A DNA stretch of 64,000 bases from Rhodoluna sp. (GCA_044338175.1 JBIIME010000001.1:34738-98737), one strand, 5' to 3'. Shown: positions 8,518 to 19,304, counted from the first letter of the stretch. Made by a program: numbers and translations. Notes: generated by a model from the letters alone, not told the origin.

Positions 8518-11319
8518 GTGACTGACGCAACCGCATTTAGCTCTACCTCTGGCTCCGTAAGCGGCAAGGGATTAACCATTAACCGTATTTACACAACAGA
8601 GGGCGTGCACCCATACGACCAGGTCAACTGGGAGTTCCGAGATGTTGTACAGACCAACTGGAAAAATGGTGAGACCATTTTCGAGCAGCGTGGCGCTGAG
8701 TTCCCAGATTTCTGGAGCTTGAATGCTTCCACCATCGTCACAACCAAATACTTCCGTGGAGCCATGGGAACTGAAGAGCGTGAATTCAGCCTGCGTCAGC
8801 TGATCAACCGCGTTGTTCTTACCTACACTCAGGCTGGTCGCGACAATGGATACTTCGCAACCGAAGAAGATGCAACTATCTTCGAGCACGAGATGACTTA
8901 CATGCTTTTGAACCAGGTGTTTGCATTCAACTCACCGGTTTGGTTCAACGTCGGAACCAAGAGCCCACAGCAAGTATCTGCTTGCTTCATTTTGTCTGTT
9001 GATGACTCAATGGAGTCAATCTTGAACTGGTACCGCGAAGAGGGAATGATCTTCAAGGGCGGTTCCGGCGCAGGACTAAACCTCTCCAGAATTCGTTCAT
9101 CGAAGGAACTTCTAAAGTCTTCCGGTGGATCCGCTTCTGGTCCAGTTTCCTTTATGCGTGGAGCTGATGCTTCTGCAGGAACCATCAAGTCTGGTGGTGC
9201 AACTCGTCGTGCAGCGAAGATGGTTGTTTTGGATGTTGATCACCCGGACATCGTTGAGTTCATTGAGACCAAGGAACTTGAAGAAGAAAAGATCCGCGTC
9301 TTGCGTGACGCAGGTTACGACATGGAACTTGGCGGACGCGACATCAACTCCGTTCAGTACCAGAACGCGAATAACTCAGTTCGTGTAAACGCAGAGTTTA
9401 TGAATGCTGTCGAAAGCGGTGGCAAGTTCGGGCTTCGCGCCAGAACTAACGGCGAGGTTATCGAAGAAGTTGACGCCAGGGAGCTTTTCAACAAGATCTC
9501 GAAGGCAGCTTGGGCATGTGCGGACCCTGGTATCCAGTACGACGACATCATCAACGACTGGCACACCACTCCAGAGTCTGGTCGCATTACCGCGTCAAAC
9601 CCTTGCTCTGAGTACATGCACCTTGACAACTCAAGCTGTAACTTAGCTAGCTTGAACCTACTGAAGTTCCTAAACCCAGACGGTTCATTCGACTCCGCTA
9701 CCTTTACCAAGGCTTCCGAGCTAATCATCACCGCAATGGATATTTCCATTAGCTTTGCTGATTTCCCAACCGAGGCAATTGGTGAGACCACCCGCGCTTA
9801 CCGCCAGCTAGGTATCGGTTACGCGAACCTAGGTGCGCTATTGATGGCAATCGGTGTTCCTTACGACAGCAAGGAAGGTTTTGCTCTTGCTGGAGCAATC
9901 ACCTCTTTGATGACAGCAGCTTCTTACCGTCGCTCAGCTGAACTTGCAGGAGTTGTTGGTCCATACGATGGCTACGCCAAGAACAAGGCTGGTCACGACC
10001 GCATCATGGCAAAGCACGAGGCTGCTAACTCACTAGTTACTTCAGTTAGCGAAATCGACCGCTCTGTTCACGCTGCAGCAACTGAGCAGTGGGCATTGAA
10101 CACCAAGATTGGTTCACAAAACGGCTGGAGAAATGCTCAGGCTTCTTTGTTGGCCCCAACCGGAACCATTGGTTTCATGATGGACTGCGACACTACCGGT
10201 ATCGAGCCTGACTTCTCCTTGGTTAAGTACAAGAAGCTATCAACCGGTGGATCGATGCAGATTGTCAACCAGACAATTCCGTTTGCACTGCACCGTCTTG
10301 GATACTCCCAGGAGACCATCGAGGCAATTGTTGATCACATTGCACAAAACGGTCACGTCGTAGACGCACCAGGACTCAAGGTTGAGCACTACCCAATCTT
10401 CGATACCGCTATCGGTGTTCGTGCGATTGAGCCAATGGGTCACGTTCGAATGATGGCAGCTGTTCAGCCGTTCCTTTCCGGAGCTATCTCAAAGACAGTA
10501 AACATGCCTGAGACTGCAACCGTTGAGGAAATTGCAGAGGTCTACTTCCAGGGTTGGAAGTTTGGACTGAAAGCTCTAGCTATCTACCGTGACAACTGCA
10601 AGGTAGGTCAGCCACTTTCCGACGGTAAGGCAAAGACCGAGACCAAGACCGACAAGGCAACTGTCGCTACCGGTATGTCTCACCCGGTTCGCAAGCGTCT
10701 TCCAAAGTCACGCCCATCATCAACCACCAGCTTCACCGTTGGTGGCGCCGAGGGTTACCTAACTGCAGGATCTTACCCAGACGGTGGTTTGGGGGAGGTA
10801 TTCCTAAAGCTTGGTAAGCAAGGATCAACTCTTGCCGGCGTTATGGATGCATTCTCAATCGCCGTTTCGATTGGTTTGCAGTATGGCGTGCCCCTTGAGA
10901 GCTACGTGAAGAAGTTCACCAACGTGAGCTTCGAGCCAGCTGGTCTAACTGATGACAAAGACATCAGGATGGCTAAGTCTCTGATGGACTACATCTTCCG
11001 TCGCTTGGCGCTGGATTACCTGCCATACGAAACCAGGTCAGCTATTGGTATTTTCTCGACCGATGAGCGCACAGCGGAACTTGATGCAAACTCCAGCTAC
11101 GGCGCAGCTCCAGCAGTAGAGGCTGAGCCAGTAGTTTCTATCACTCAGTCGGTAGAAATCACAACCAAGAAGGAAGTTCATTCTTCTGCTGAGTTGTTCG
11201 AACTACTGCAGGGTAAAGAATCAGATGCACCACTTTGCTTCAACTGTGGAATTAAGATGAGACCTTCTGGCTCATGCCACGTGTGTGAAGGCTGTGGATC
11301 AACTTCTGGTTGCAGCTAG
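8518..11319 (+). CDS. nrdJ: Class II (adenosylcobalamin-dependent) ribonucleotide reductase with TSCPD domain and C-terminal Cys ribbon
   Basis: FNSPVWFN, SACFI, GGATRRAAKM, SNPCSEY, APTGTIG, ISKTVNMP, C-terminal CFNCG...CHVCEGCGSTSGCS; follows nrdR as in the Streptomyces nrdRJ operon. Confidence 0.95.
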   Translation: MTDATAFSSTSGSVSGKGLTINRIYTTEGVHPYDQVNWEFRDVVQTNWKNGETIFEQRGAEFPDFWSLNASTIVTTKYFRGAMGTEEREFSLRQLINRVVLTYTQAGRDNGYFATEEDATIFEHEMTYMLLNQVFAFNSPVWFNVGTKSPQQVSACFILSVDDSMESILNWYREEGMIFKGGSGAGLNLSRIRSSKELLKSSGGSASGPVSFMRGADASAGTIKSGGATRRAAKMVVLDVDHPDIVEFIETKELEEEKIRVLRDAGYDMELGGRDINSVQYQNANNSVRVNAEFMNAVESGGKFGLRARTNGEVIEEVDARELFNKISKAAWACADPGIQYDDIINDWHTTPESGRITASNPCSEYMHLDNSSCNLASLNLLKFLNPDGSFDSATFTKASELIITAMDISISFADFPTEAIGETTRAYRQLGIGYANLGALLMAIGVPYDSKEGFALAGAITSLMTAASYRRSAELAGVVGPYDGYAKNKAGHDRIMAKHEAANSLVTSVSEIDRSVHAAATEQWALNTKIGSQNGWRNAQASLLAPTGTIGFMMDCDTTGIEPDFSLVKYKKLSTGGSMQIVNQTIPFALHRLGYSQETIEAIVDHIAQNGHVVDAPGLKVEHYPIFDTAIGVRAIEPMGHVRMMAAVQPFLSGAISKTVNMPETATVEEIAEVYFQGWKFGLKALAIYRDNCKVGQPLSDGKAKTETKTDKATVATGMSHPVRKRLPKSRPSSTTSFTVGGAEGYLTAGSYPDGGLGEVFLKLGKQGSTLAGVMDAFSIAVSIGLQYGVPLESYVKKFTNVSFEPAGLTDDKDIRMAKSLMDYIFRRLALDYLPYETRSAIGIFSTDERTAELDANSSYGAAPAVEAEPVVSITQSVEITTKKEVHSSAELFELLQGKESDAPLCFNCGIKMRPSGSCHVCEGCGSTSGCS

Positions 11320-11333
11320 AAAACAAGTTATTG

Positions 11334-11368
11334 CCAAAGGGTCAGCGCGAATCGCGTTGACCCTTTGG
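11334..11368 (+). terminator. Hairpin terminator after nrdJ
   Basis: 16-bp stem CCAAAGGGTCAGCGCG / CGCGTTGACCCTTTGG (one G-U pair), 3-nt loop, 14 nt after the stop codon. Confidence 0.8.
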
Positions 11369-11397
11369 TCTATCCCGAGGGAAGGTAATCTAAGTAG

Positions 11398-12414
11398 GTG
11401 CTATACAAAGCCCTGTTCAACCTGGTTTTCTCCAAACTAGATCCTGAACAAGCTCATTACTTTGGAATGTTCGTCATCAAACTCCTTGGCCTAACCGGAC
11501 TAGCTAAATTGTCGCAACTCGGAGTAAAGAAAAAATCAACACATGCATTTGGGCTTGATTTCTCAAGTCCATTTGGTATCGCCGCAGGATTTGATAAAAA
11601 CGCAATTGCCGTCAAGGAACTAGGACAGCTGGGCTTTTCACATGTTGAAATTGGGACTCTAACCAGACACCCCCAATCAGGTAACCCCAAGCCAAGGCTT
11701 TTTCGACTAGTCAAGGACCAAGCGCTAGTAAACCGAATGGGATTCAATAACGATGGCGCTGACCAAGTCGCCAGGCGCATTGCCAAGCTTCGTGCATCGG
11801 GGGCGAAGCTTCCAATCATTGGTGTGAACATCGGAAAGAGCAAGATCACTGAGCTAGTTGATGCAGTTTCTGACTACGAATACAGCACCAAGGCTCTAGC
11901 TCCGGTTGCTGATTACATTGCTGTAAATGTTTCATCGCCAAATACGCCAGGGCTTCGTTCACTACAAGATGTTGATCAACTGGAACCAATTTTGGTAGCA
12001 GTTGCTCGGGAGGCACTTGGAAAACCAGTTCTTGTGAAGATTGCTCCTGACTTAGACGACAGTGCCGTTATAGAAGTGGCGGCCTTGATTCGAAAGCTTG
12101 GCCTCGCAGGAGTGATTGCAACCAACACAACAGTGAGCCGCGACGGACTTGTGACACCAATTACACAACTTGAATCTTATGGGGCAGGAGGTTTATCAGG
12201 ACCAGTTTTGGCAAACAGGTCTAAAGAGGTTCTGGTTCTTTTGCGTAAGGAGTTGGGCGAGAAGTTCACGGTAATTTCCGTCGGGGGAGTAGTCACCGGC
12301 GAACATGTTTCAGAGCGCCTGGAATTGGGTGCAGATTTAGTACAGGGGTATACCGGGTTTGTCTATCAGGGTCCGTTGTGGGCTAGAAAGATAAACGTTA
12401 GTTTACGCTCCTAA
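11398..12414 (+). CDS. pyrD: Quinone-dependent dihydroorotate dehydrogenase
   Basis: GIAAGFDKN, GNPKPRLFRL, NRMGFNN, VNVSSPNTPGLR, GGLSG; leaderless (TAATCT 11386-11391, 6 nt, GTG). Confidence 0.95.
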   Translation: MLYKALFNLVFSKLDPEQAHYFGMFVIKLLGLTGLAKLSQLGVKKKSTHAFGLDFSSPFGIAAGFDKNAIAVKELGQLGFSHVEIGTLTRHPQSGNPKPRLFRLVKDQALVNRMGFNNDGADQVARRIAKLRASGAKLPIIGVNIGKSKITELVDAVSDYEYSTKALAPVADYIAVNVSSPNTPGLRSLQDVDQLEPILVAVAREALGKPVLVKIAPDLDDSAVIEVAALIRKLGLAGVIATNTTVSRDGLVTPITQLESYGAGGLSGPVLANRSKEVLVLLRKELGEKFTVISVGGVVTGEHVSERLELGADLVQGYTGFVYQGPLWARKINVSLRS

Positions 12415-13415
12415 ACAAGCCTTGCCGGCGGGCTCTTGGTTTCTGCTGGGTCAGAAACAATCAAGCCAGCAAGAATCTGGTCTACCTGTTTCATGATTTC
12501 ACTCGGAATATCCACGCCCACAGCTTTCACGTTGTCAGTGATTTGCTCCGGATGCGATGCTCCAACAATGGCACTAGTAACGTTTGGATTGGCCAGTACC
12601 CAAGCGAGGCCAAACTGCGCCATGGTCAAACCCAGAGACTCAGCAAGCGGCTTCAGTTTCTGAATTGCCGTCAACGCTTCATCGGTCATGTATTTATCAA
12701 TTCCGCCAACCGCTGCTTCGGTGTTGCTTGCTCTTGAGTCTTTGGGTGCGGGGCTTCCTGGAAGGTACTTCCCGGTTAGCACTCCTTGGGCAAGTGGGGA
12801 CCAGACAATCTGAGTCATTCCGTTTTGCTTAGAAGCAGGAATCACCTCTGCCTCAATTACCCTCCAAAGCATTGAGTACTGCGGTTGGTTTGAGATCAAT
12901 TGGAAATTTAGCTCCTTGGCTAGCTTTGCTCCCGCCTTGATCTGCTCTGCATTCCACTCGGAAACGCCGATGTAAAGAGCTTTTCCGGCCCGAACGATGT
13001 CCGCGAATGCTTGCATTGTTTCCTCTAGAGGAGTTTCGTAATCGAATCGGTGAGCCTGGTAAAGATCCAAGTAGTCAGTTCCGATTCTTGTAAGGGAGCC
13101 ATCAATAGATTCCATGATGTGCTTTCTAGAAAGCCCATGATCGTTTGGCTTCTTGTCCGCTACCGGCCAGTACACCTTTGAGAAAATTTCTATTCCCGAG
13201 CGACGCTCGTTTTTAAGAGCCTGGCCCAGAATTGGCTCGGCTTCGAGATTTGCGTAAGCGTCTGCGGTATCAAAGGAAGTAATGCCACTTTCTAGAGCGG
13301 CTTTGACAGTTTTGATTGCTTCTTTGTTGTCAACTTGACGGGCGTGGGTGAGCCAGTTTCCGTAAGTGAGCTCACTGACTTTGAATCCACTGTTTCCAAG
13401 ATAGCGATGCTTCAT
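12411..13415 (-). CDS. Aldo/keto reductase (Kv-beta/Tas-like)
   Basis: LGNSGFKVS, FDTADAY, GLSRKHIMES, DLYQAHRFD, WSPLAQGVLTGKY. Confidence 0.9.
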   Translation of the reverse strand: MKHRYLGNSGFKVSELTYGNWLTHARQVDNKEAIKTVKAALESGITSFDTADAYANLEAEPILGQALKNERRSGIEIFSKVYWPVADKKPNDHGLSRKHIMESIDGSLTRIGTDYLDLYQAHRFDYETPLEETMQAFADIVRAGKALYIGVSEWNAEQIKAGAKLAKELNFQLISNQPQYSMLWRVIEAEVIPASKQNGMTQIVWSPLAQGVLTGKYLPGSPAPKDSRASNTEAAVGGIDKYMTDEALTAIQKLKPLAESLGLTMAQFGLAWVLANPNVTSAIVGASHPEQITDNVKAVGVDIPSEIMKQVDQILAGLIVSDPAETKSPPARLV

Positions 13416-13429
13416 TTGGAGCCCTTCTG

Positions 13430-13990
13430 TTAGAGAATCTTTGTTCCGCGCTTAACCTGAGGCTTTGGAAGTCTCATGCCACGCATTTGAATCGAACGCA
13501 TTGCAGCGTACCAACGCAAACCCTTTTCACTCCTGCCTGGGTACTTTGCCTCAACAACTTTTAGTGCTTTCCTGCCGATGATATAACCATCGATACCGAT
13601 GAGAACGAACAGCCCCCACATTGCAACTAAGGTTCCAAGTTGAATGAATACATCCTCTGGTCTGATTGAAGAGACGATGATCACTAGAAAAAGCATTGGT
13701 AGAACTAGTTCGCCAACTGTGAAGCGTGAATCTACGACATCCCTGGCTAGTCTTCGCTGAGGTCCGCGGTCTCTAATGGTTAGGTAGCGATCTTCACCGT
13801 TGGCCAAACCTTCACGTGCCTTAGCCCGTTCTGCGTTCAGAACCTTCTTGGCAGCTCTCTTGGCCTCCGGACTCTTGTTGCCTACGACAGGCTTCTTTCT
13901 AAGCAACTCCTGCTGCTTCCGCGCTGGAGTCGGGCGACCTTTTCCGGCCTTTGGGGTCTCGGGTTGCTGCTTGGGTGTAGAAGACATCAA
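13430..13990 (-). CDS. DUF3043 family membrane protein
   Basis: GKGRPTP, RDRGPQRRLARDVVDSR, YAAMRSIQMRGMRLPKP; typical actinobacterial position opposite the M20 dipeptidase. Confidence 0.85.
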   Translation of the reverse strand: MMSSTPKQQPETPKAGKGRPTPARKQQELLRKKPVVGNKSPEAKRAAKKVLNAERAKAREGLANGEDRYLTIRDRGPQRRLARDVVDSRFTVGELVLPMLFLVIIVSSIRPEDVFIQLGTLVAMWGLFVLIGIDGYIIGRKALKVVEAKYPGRSEKGLRWYAAMRSIQMRGMRLPKPQVKRGTKIL

Positions 13991-14028
13991 TTCTCAATTC
14001 TTTGGCTTATGCCTTTAAGATTACCCTT

Positions 14029-15435
14029 ATGACAATCACCCCACTGCCGATAAGCGACGTTGACGTCAAAGCCGTTCAGAAATTCACCGAGGTCGCCTTT
14101 ACTGAGGCGCTAGAAAAGCTATCGGCCTTGGTGAGTATCCCTGGAATTGCTTGGGAAGCTTTTGACTCGACCGAGCTTGATAAAAGCGCGGAAGCCGTTT
14201 CGGCCTTGCTTCGCGAAACAGGTGTTTTTGATTCAGTTGAGATTTTGCGATCGGCAACACCGGCTGGAGCAATGGGTGCGCCAGCGGTAGTTGCAACAAG
14301 AGCGGCTCGAAACTCTAAGCCAACTATTTTGCTTTACGCTCATCACGATGTTCAGCCCCCTGGAGCCGATGAGCTATGGGAATCTGAACCATTCAAAACT
14401 GAGATTCGAGATGGTCGGATGTATGGTCGCGGGGCTGCAGACGACAAAGCAGGAGTTATTTCACACGTCTACGCAGTCAAGGCACTTCGTGAGCTCACGA
14501 ACAATGATTTTGATCTTGGGCTGGTGGTATTTGTCGAAGGTGAAGAGGAGGCAGGATCACCTTCTTTCGCTAACTTCTTGATTGAACATAAAGCCAAGCT
14601 TGCCTCCGATGTGATTATTGTGGCGGACTCGGGAAACTGGACAACTGAGGTTCCAGCAATAACAACCACTCTGCGAGGTCTAGTTTCACTTGAATTTGAG
14701 GTCAGAACCTTGTATCACGCTGTGCACAGCGGTATGTACGGGGGAGCAGTCCCAGATGCCATGCTCGCGCTGACGAAGATTTTGAGTTCAATGTGGGATG
14801 AAGAAGGCTCAGTCTCCATTTCAGGTCTAGTTTCGGAGGATTCAGTCGATTTGGCCTATTCTGAACAGGATTTAAGGGCAGATTCAGGCCTACTTTCCTC
14901 CACTTTGCCCATAGGCGATGGAGGTATTCTCGGCAGGCTATGGACAAAGCCTTCGCTAACTCTGATTGGCTTGGACTACCCTTCGGTGGCCATATCTTCA
15001 AACACCCTGGTTCCAAGTGTCAGAGCCAAACTGAGCCTGCGAATTGCCCCCGGACAGGTGCCCAGTGAGGCTCTGGCGGCCCTAAAGTCTCACATTTTGA
15101 CCCATAACCCACTCGGTGCCCAAATCGATTTTGGGGCGGTTGAGCTTGGTAAACCCTTCAGTTTGGGGGAGTCCGGTTGGGCCAAAGACCTAGCTTCCAG
15201 TGCGTTGAGATCCGCTTACGGATTTGACAGCGTTGACATCGGTATCGGCGGCTCCATCCCGTTTATTGCAGACCTGGAAGCAGTATTTCCTGGGGTGCAA
15301 GTACTGGTTACCGGGGTGGAGGACCCTGATTCTAGGGCTCATTCTCCGAACGAGAGCCTCGACCTCGAAACCCTTCGCAAGGCAATCATTGCTCAGACCC
15401 TGATTTTATTGGGCGGAAACCAACTTCAGCTCTAA
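14029..15435 (+). CDS. M20 family dipeptidase
   Basis: YAHHDVQP, GRGAADDKAG, EGEEEAGS, HSGMYGG, GGSIPF, AHSPNES; ATG 14029 lies 7 nt after TAAGAT. Confidence 0.9.
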   Translation: MTITPLPISDVDVKAVQKFTEVAFTEALEKLSALVSIPGIAWEAFDSTELDKSAEAVSALLRETGVFDSVEILRSATPAGAMGAPAVVATRAARNSKPTILLYAHHDVQPPGADELWESEPFKTEIRDGRMYGRGAADDKAGVISHVYAVKALRELTNNDFDLGLVVFVEGEEEAGSPSFANFLIEHKAKLASDVIIVADSGNWTTEVPAITTTLRGLVSLEFEVRTLYHAVHSGMYGGAVPDAMLALTKILSSMWDEEGSVSISGLVSEDSVDLAYSEQDLRADSGLLSSTLPIGDGGILGRLWTKPSLTLIGLDYPSVAISSNTLVPSVRAKLSLRIAPGQVPSEALAALKSHILTHNPLGAQIDFGAVELGKPFSLGESGWAKDLASSALRSAYGFDSVDIGIGGSIPFIADLEAVFPGVQVLVTGVEDPDSRAHSPNESLDLETLRKAIIAQTLILLGGNQLQL

Positions 15436-15490
15436 TTCCAAGAGCTGGGATAGACTGTAACAACAAAGAAGCTACTCCAAGGAGATTTCA

Positions 15491-15832
15491 ATGGAACAAA
15501 CCCTTACCCACGGCGTAAAGCTAACTGATACCGCCAAAAACAAGGTAAAGAGTCTTATCAGCGCAGAGGGAAGAGATGACCTCAGGCTTAGAGTCTCAGT
15601 TCAGCCTGGTGGTTGTTCTGGATTGATCTATCAACTTTTCTTTGACGAAGTGCTAGAAGAATCAGATGCAATCGCAAAGTTTGACGACGTTGAGGTTGTT
15701 GTGGACAAAATGAGCGTTCCTTATCTTGAAGGAGCTTCCATTGATTTTGAGGACACCATCCAGAAGCAAGGCTTCACGATTGACAACCCAAACGCAGCAG
15801 GATCCTGCGCTTGCGGAGATTCTTTCAACTAA
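15491..15832 (+). CDS. erpA: HesB/IscA/ErpA A-type Fe-S carrier
   Basis: GGCSGLIY and NPNAAGSCACGDSF motifs; AAGGAG RBS. Confidence 0.88.
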   Translation: MEQTLTHGVKLTDTAKNKVKSLISAEGRDDLRLRVSVQPGGCSGLIYQLFFDEVLEESDAIAKFDDVEVVVDKMSVPYLEGASIDFEDTIQKQGFTIDNPNAAGSCACGDSFN

Positions 15833-15950
15833 CAAATCATTGCTTAAAAGTCCAATAACCCAAGTGTTTATTGGTGTTTTGGCGAGGATTCCTAAAACAC
15901 TGACTTAGAATTAAGCCACAAGCTATACACAGCCAAAGGACTAGTTTTAA

Positions 15951-16799
15951 TTGAAGAATCGTTCAAAATGGTTAGCCATTCCAGGCGCCACTGGCCTAGT
16001 TCTTCTTTTAACGGGCTGTACAGATGAATTTGTTCGCGGATGGCTCCCAGGAGTTCCAGGAGTAACCAATCACACAGACCGAATTGTGGGGTTGTGGACT
16101 ACCGCTTGGATAATTCTCTGGCTGGTAGGAATTATTGCTTGGGCTCTAATGGGCTGGGCAATAGTGGTTTATCGCCGACGCAAGGGCGAAACCGGGATGC
16201 CAGCTCAGTTGCGCTACAACAACCCAATTGAAGTGCTTTTTACAGTGATTCCATTAGTACTAGTTATTGGTTTTTTCGCGTTCACTGCCAGGGACATTGC
16301 CGCGATCGAGCAACCTACCGAGAACCCTGACGTGGTTATTGAGGTTATCGGCAAGCAGTGGAGCTGGGATTTCAACTATGTTGACGCCAACGTTTACGAA
16401 TCTGGAATTCAAGCTCAGTTTGATGGTCAAACTGGCGTACCCGAGACACTGCCAGCTTTGTACCTACCGGTTGGAAAGACCGTACAGATAGACCTTTCCT
16501 CGAGAGATGTTATTCATTCCTTCTGGGTAATTGATTTCTTGTACAAAAAAGATATGTTCCCCGGAAAGACGAACCACATGTACTTCACACCGCAAGTTGA
16601 GGGCACCTACATGGGTAAGTGTGCGGAGCTTTGCGGTGAGTATCACTCAATGATGCTGTTCCAAGTGAAAGTTGTTTCTCAAGCTGAGTACGACACTTAT
16701 CTTTCTAGCCTCGCTGCCAAGGGTCAAACCGGACAGCTTGACTCTTCACTTGATAGAAACCAGAATCTTCCAGGCGACAATCCTGAAATAAGAGATTAG
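15951..16799 (+). CDS. ctaC: Cytochrome c oxidase subunit II (lipoprotein)
   Basis: Lipobox LLTGC, QWSWDF, DVIHSFW, CuA ligands [12 protein letters not shown]. Confidence 0.95.
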   Translation: MKNRSKWLAIPGATGLVLLLTGCTDEFVRGWLPGVPGVTNHTDRIVGLWTTAWIILWLVGIIAWALMGWAIVVYRRRKGETGMPAQLRYNNPIEVLFTVIPLVLVIGFFAFTARDIAAIEQPTENPDVVIEVIGKQWSWDFNYVDANVYESGIQAQFDGQTGVPETLPALYLPVGKTVQIDLSSRDVIHSFWVIDFLYKKDMFPGKTNHMYFTPQVEGTYMGKCAELCGEYHSMMLFQVKVVSQAEYDTYLSSLAAKGQTGQLDSSLDRNQNLPGDNPEIRD

Positions 16800-16810
16800 A
16801 GGATAGGCAG

Positions 16811-18499
16811 ATGGCAACCCTAACTGACACCAGGCAAAGCGGCGGATACCAGTCGCCTCGGAAAAGATCCAAAGGTGAAATCATTGTCGACTGGATCACA
16901 ACAACTGATCACAAGAAAATCGGTTACCTCTACCTAATCACTTCTTTTGTTTACTTCCTCATCGGCGGAGTGATGGCTCTCGTTATTCGCGCGCAGTTGA
17001 CCCTACCTGGGCTGGACATCGTTCAGACTAAAGAGCAGTACAACCAGCTATTTACCATGCACGGAACCATAATGCTTCTAATGTTTGCAACTCCGCTCTT
17101 CGCAGGCTTTGCAAACGTTCTGATGCCTGTTCAAATTGGTGCACCAGATGTTGCCTTTCCGCGCCTGAACGCAATTGCTTTCTGGTTCTTTTTCTTCGGC
17201 AGCCTGATAGCGGTTTCTGGATTCTTCACTCCGCAAGGCGCTGCATCATTTGGGTGGTTTGCATATGCGCCCCTATCTAATACGACTTTCTCGCCGGGCA
17301 TAGGCGGAGACCTATGGGTCTTTGGCCTAGCTCTCAGCGGTTTTGGAACAATCATGGGTGGAGTCAACTTCATCACCACAATCTTGACCATGCGGGCTCC
17401 TGGCATGACGATGTTCCGGATGCCAATTTTCACTTGGAACACACTAGTAACTTCAATTTTGGTAATCATGGCCTTCCCACCTCTTGCAGCCGCATTGTTT
17501 GCGCTAGGGGCTGACCGTAGATTCGGCGCTCACATATTTGACCCCGTTAACGGTGGCCCAATGCTCTGGCAGCATTTGTTCTGGTTCTTTGGCCACCCTG
17601 AGGTTTACATCATTGCGTTGCCATTTTTTGGAATCGTTTCTGAAATTTTCCCAGTGTTTAGCCGCAAGCCGGTCTTTGGTTACAAGACACTTATTTTTGC
17701 CACGATCGCAATTGCCGCTCTGTCTATGACAGTGTGGGCGCACCACATGTACGTAACTGGTTCGGTGCTTCTGCCATTCTTTGCTTTCACAACGATGCTG
17801 ATTGCTGTTCCGACGGGTGTGAAGATATTTAACTGGATTGGCACGATGTGGCGAGGATCAATTACTTTTGAGACCCCGATGCTTTACAGCCTGGGCTTCT
17901 TGACCACATTTATCTTTGGTGGTTTGACCGGAGTGATTCTTGCTTCGCCACCGCTAACTTTCCACTTATCTGATAGCTACTTCGTAGTGGCTCACTTCCA
18001 CTACGTGGTCTTTGGAACAGTGGTGTTCGCTATGTTCGCGGGATTCTTCTTCTGGTGGCCAAAGTTCACCGGAAAGATGCTCGATGAGCGTCTTGGCAAG
18101 ATTCAATTCTGGATTTTGTTCTTTGGCTTCCACATCACCTTCTTAGTGCAGCACTGGCTAGGCGTTATTGGTATGCCAAGAAGGTATGCAACCTACCTAC
18201 CCGAGGACGGCTTCACTTGGATGAACATGGTTTCATCGGGAGGCTCAATACTTCTAGCTCTTTCCATGATTCCGTTCTTCTGGAACCTTTATGTAACAGC
18301 TCGAAGGGCACCGACCGTTACTCTGGATGACCCATGGGGTTATGGAAGAAGCTTGGAGTGGGCAACAGCAAGTCCATTCCCTCGTCACAACTTCCATTCA
18401 ATTCCTAGAATCAGATCTGAGTCTCCAGCCTTTGATCTACATCACCCTGAACACGCATCTGCTGAGGCTAAAGCAGCAGCGAGCGAAGAAAGGAAGTAG
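16811..18499 (+). CDS. ctaD: Cytochrome c oxidase subunit I (aa3 type)
   Basis: [35 protein letters not shown]. Confidence 0.97.
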   Translation: MATLTDTRQSGGYQSPRKRSKGEIIVDWITTTDHKKIGYLYLITSFVYFLIGGVMALVIRAQLTLPGLDIVQTKEQYNQLFTMHGTIMLLMFATPLFAGFANVLMPVQIGAPDVAFPRLNAIAFWFFFFGSLIAVSGFFTPQGAASFGWFAYAPLSNTTFSPGIGGDLWVFGLALSGFGTIMGGVNFITTILTMRAPGMTMFRMPIFTWNTLVTSILVIMAFPPLAAALFALGADRRFGAHIFDPVNGGPMLWQHLFWFFGHPEVYIIALPFFGIVSEIFPVFSRKPVFGYKTLIFATIAIAALSMTVWAHHMYVTGSVLLPFFAFTTMLIAVPTGVKIFNWIGTMWRGSITFETPMLYSLGFLTTFIFGGLTGVILASPPLTFHLSDSYFVVAHFHYVVFGTVVFAMFAGFFFWWPKFTGKMLDERLGKIQFWILFFGFHITFLVQHWLGVIGMPRRYATYLPEDGFTWMNMVSSGGSILLALSMIPFFWNLYVTARRAPTVTLDDPWGYGRSLEWATASPFPRHNFHSIPRIRSESPAFDLHHPEHASAEAKAAASEERK

Positions 18500-18501
18500 T
18501 C

Positions 18502-18915
18502 ATGAAGGCCAATGTGAGCATGTGGTTCATCATGACCGCCTTCTTCGCTTTGATTACAGGCGTATACGCAGTTTGGTGGTTTCTAACCTACGGAGGCTGG
18601 GAACCTATCGGTAGCTCAGCTCTTGCGATGCTGACTTTCATGAGCATCTTTATTACCTTTTATCTTTGGAAGACAGATAGAACGCAGGGGTTTGTTCCAG
18701 AAGATCGCCCAGATGCGAATATCGAAGATGGGGAGTCTGAGCTTGGCTTCTTCTCGCCTTGGAGCTGGTGGCCGATTTTTGTTGGAGCTGCTTCAGCTCT
18801 TGCTTTTGCGTCGTTGGCTGTGGGTTGGTGGCTAACCTTTATAGCCGTGCCATTGGCGCTGATTGGTGTTGTTGGTTTCGTGTTTGAACACAACCGCGGA
18901 CATTTTGCACACTAG
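18502..18915 (+). CDS. ctaF: Cytochrome c oxidase subunit 4 (actinobacterial)
   Basis: Hydrophobic, PEDRPDANIEDG..GFFSPWSWWP motif, follows ctaD. Confidence 0.9.
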   Translation: MKANVSMWFIMTAFFALITGVYAVWWFLTYGGWEPIGSSALAMLTFMSIFITFYLWKTDRTQGFVPEDRPDANIEDGESELGFFSPWSWWPIFVGAASALAFASLAVGWWLTFIAVPLALIGVVGFVFEHNRGHFAH

Positions 18916-19304
18916 TGGCTGCAGATAAAACTATCTCCTCCGGAGGACCCTGGGAAGAATCAATCGGGTATTCAAGAGCTGTTGTAGCGGGTCCTTACAT
19001 TCACGTATCTGGTTCGACGGCAACCGTTGATGGTGTGCTGCAGCATGAGGGAGACGCTTACGGGCAGGCCAAGGTTGCCTTCCAAGTAATAGAGAAGGCA
19101 CTTTTGTTGGGCGGACATAGCCTCCAAGATGTTGTTAGAACCAGAATGTACCTTGCGAGGGCTGAAGACATGGACGCGGTAGGCCGCGCTCACGGTGAGA
19201 TCTTTTCAGCAATTAGACCAGCAGCAACAATGCTTGGCGGAATTCAATTCATCAACCAGGCAATGTTGGTCGAGATAGAAGTTGATTCATACAAACCCCA
19301 ATAA
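18915..19304 (+). CDS. Rid (YjgF/YER057c/UK114) family protein lacking the catalytic Arg
   Basis: SSGGPWEESIGYSRAV, VSGSTA, DVVRTRMY, RPAATM, LVEIE. Confidence 0.85.
   Translation: MAADKTISSGGPWEESIGYSRAVVAGPYIHVSGSTATVDGVLQHEGDAYGQAKVAFQVIEKALLLGGHSLQDVVRTRMYLARAEDMDAVGRAHGEIFSAIRPAATMLGGIQFINQAMLVEIEVDSYKPQ

Noticed and set aside
3726-11319. Inteins or introns in dnaE or nrdJ (also checked in sufB)
   Set aside because: Protein lengths are normal and core motifs are contiguous; no intein or homing-endonuclease signatures seen
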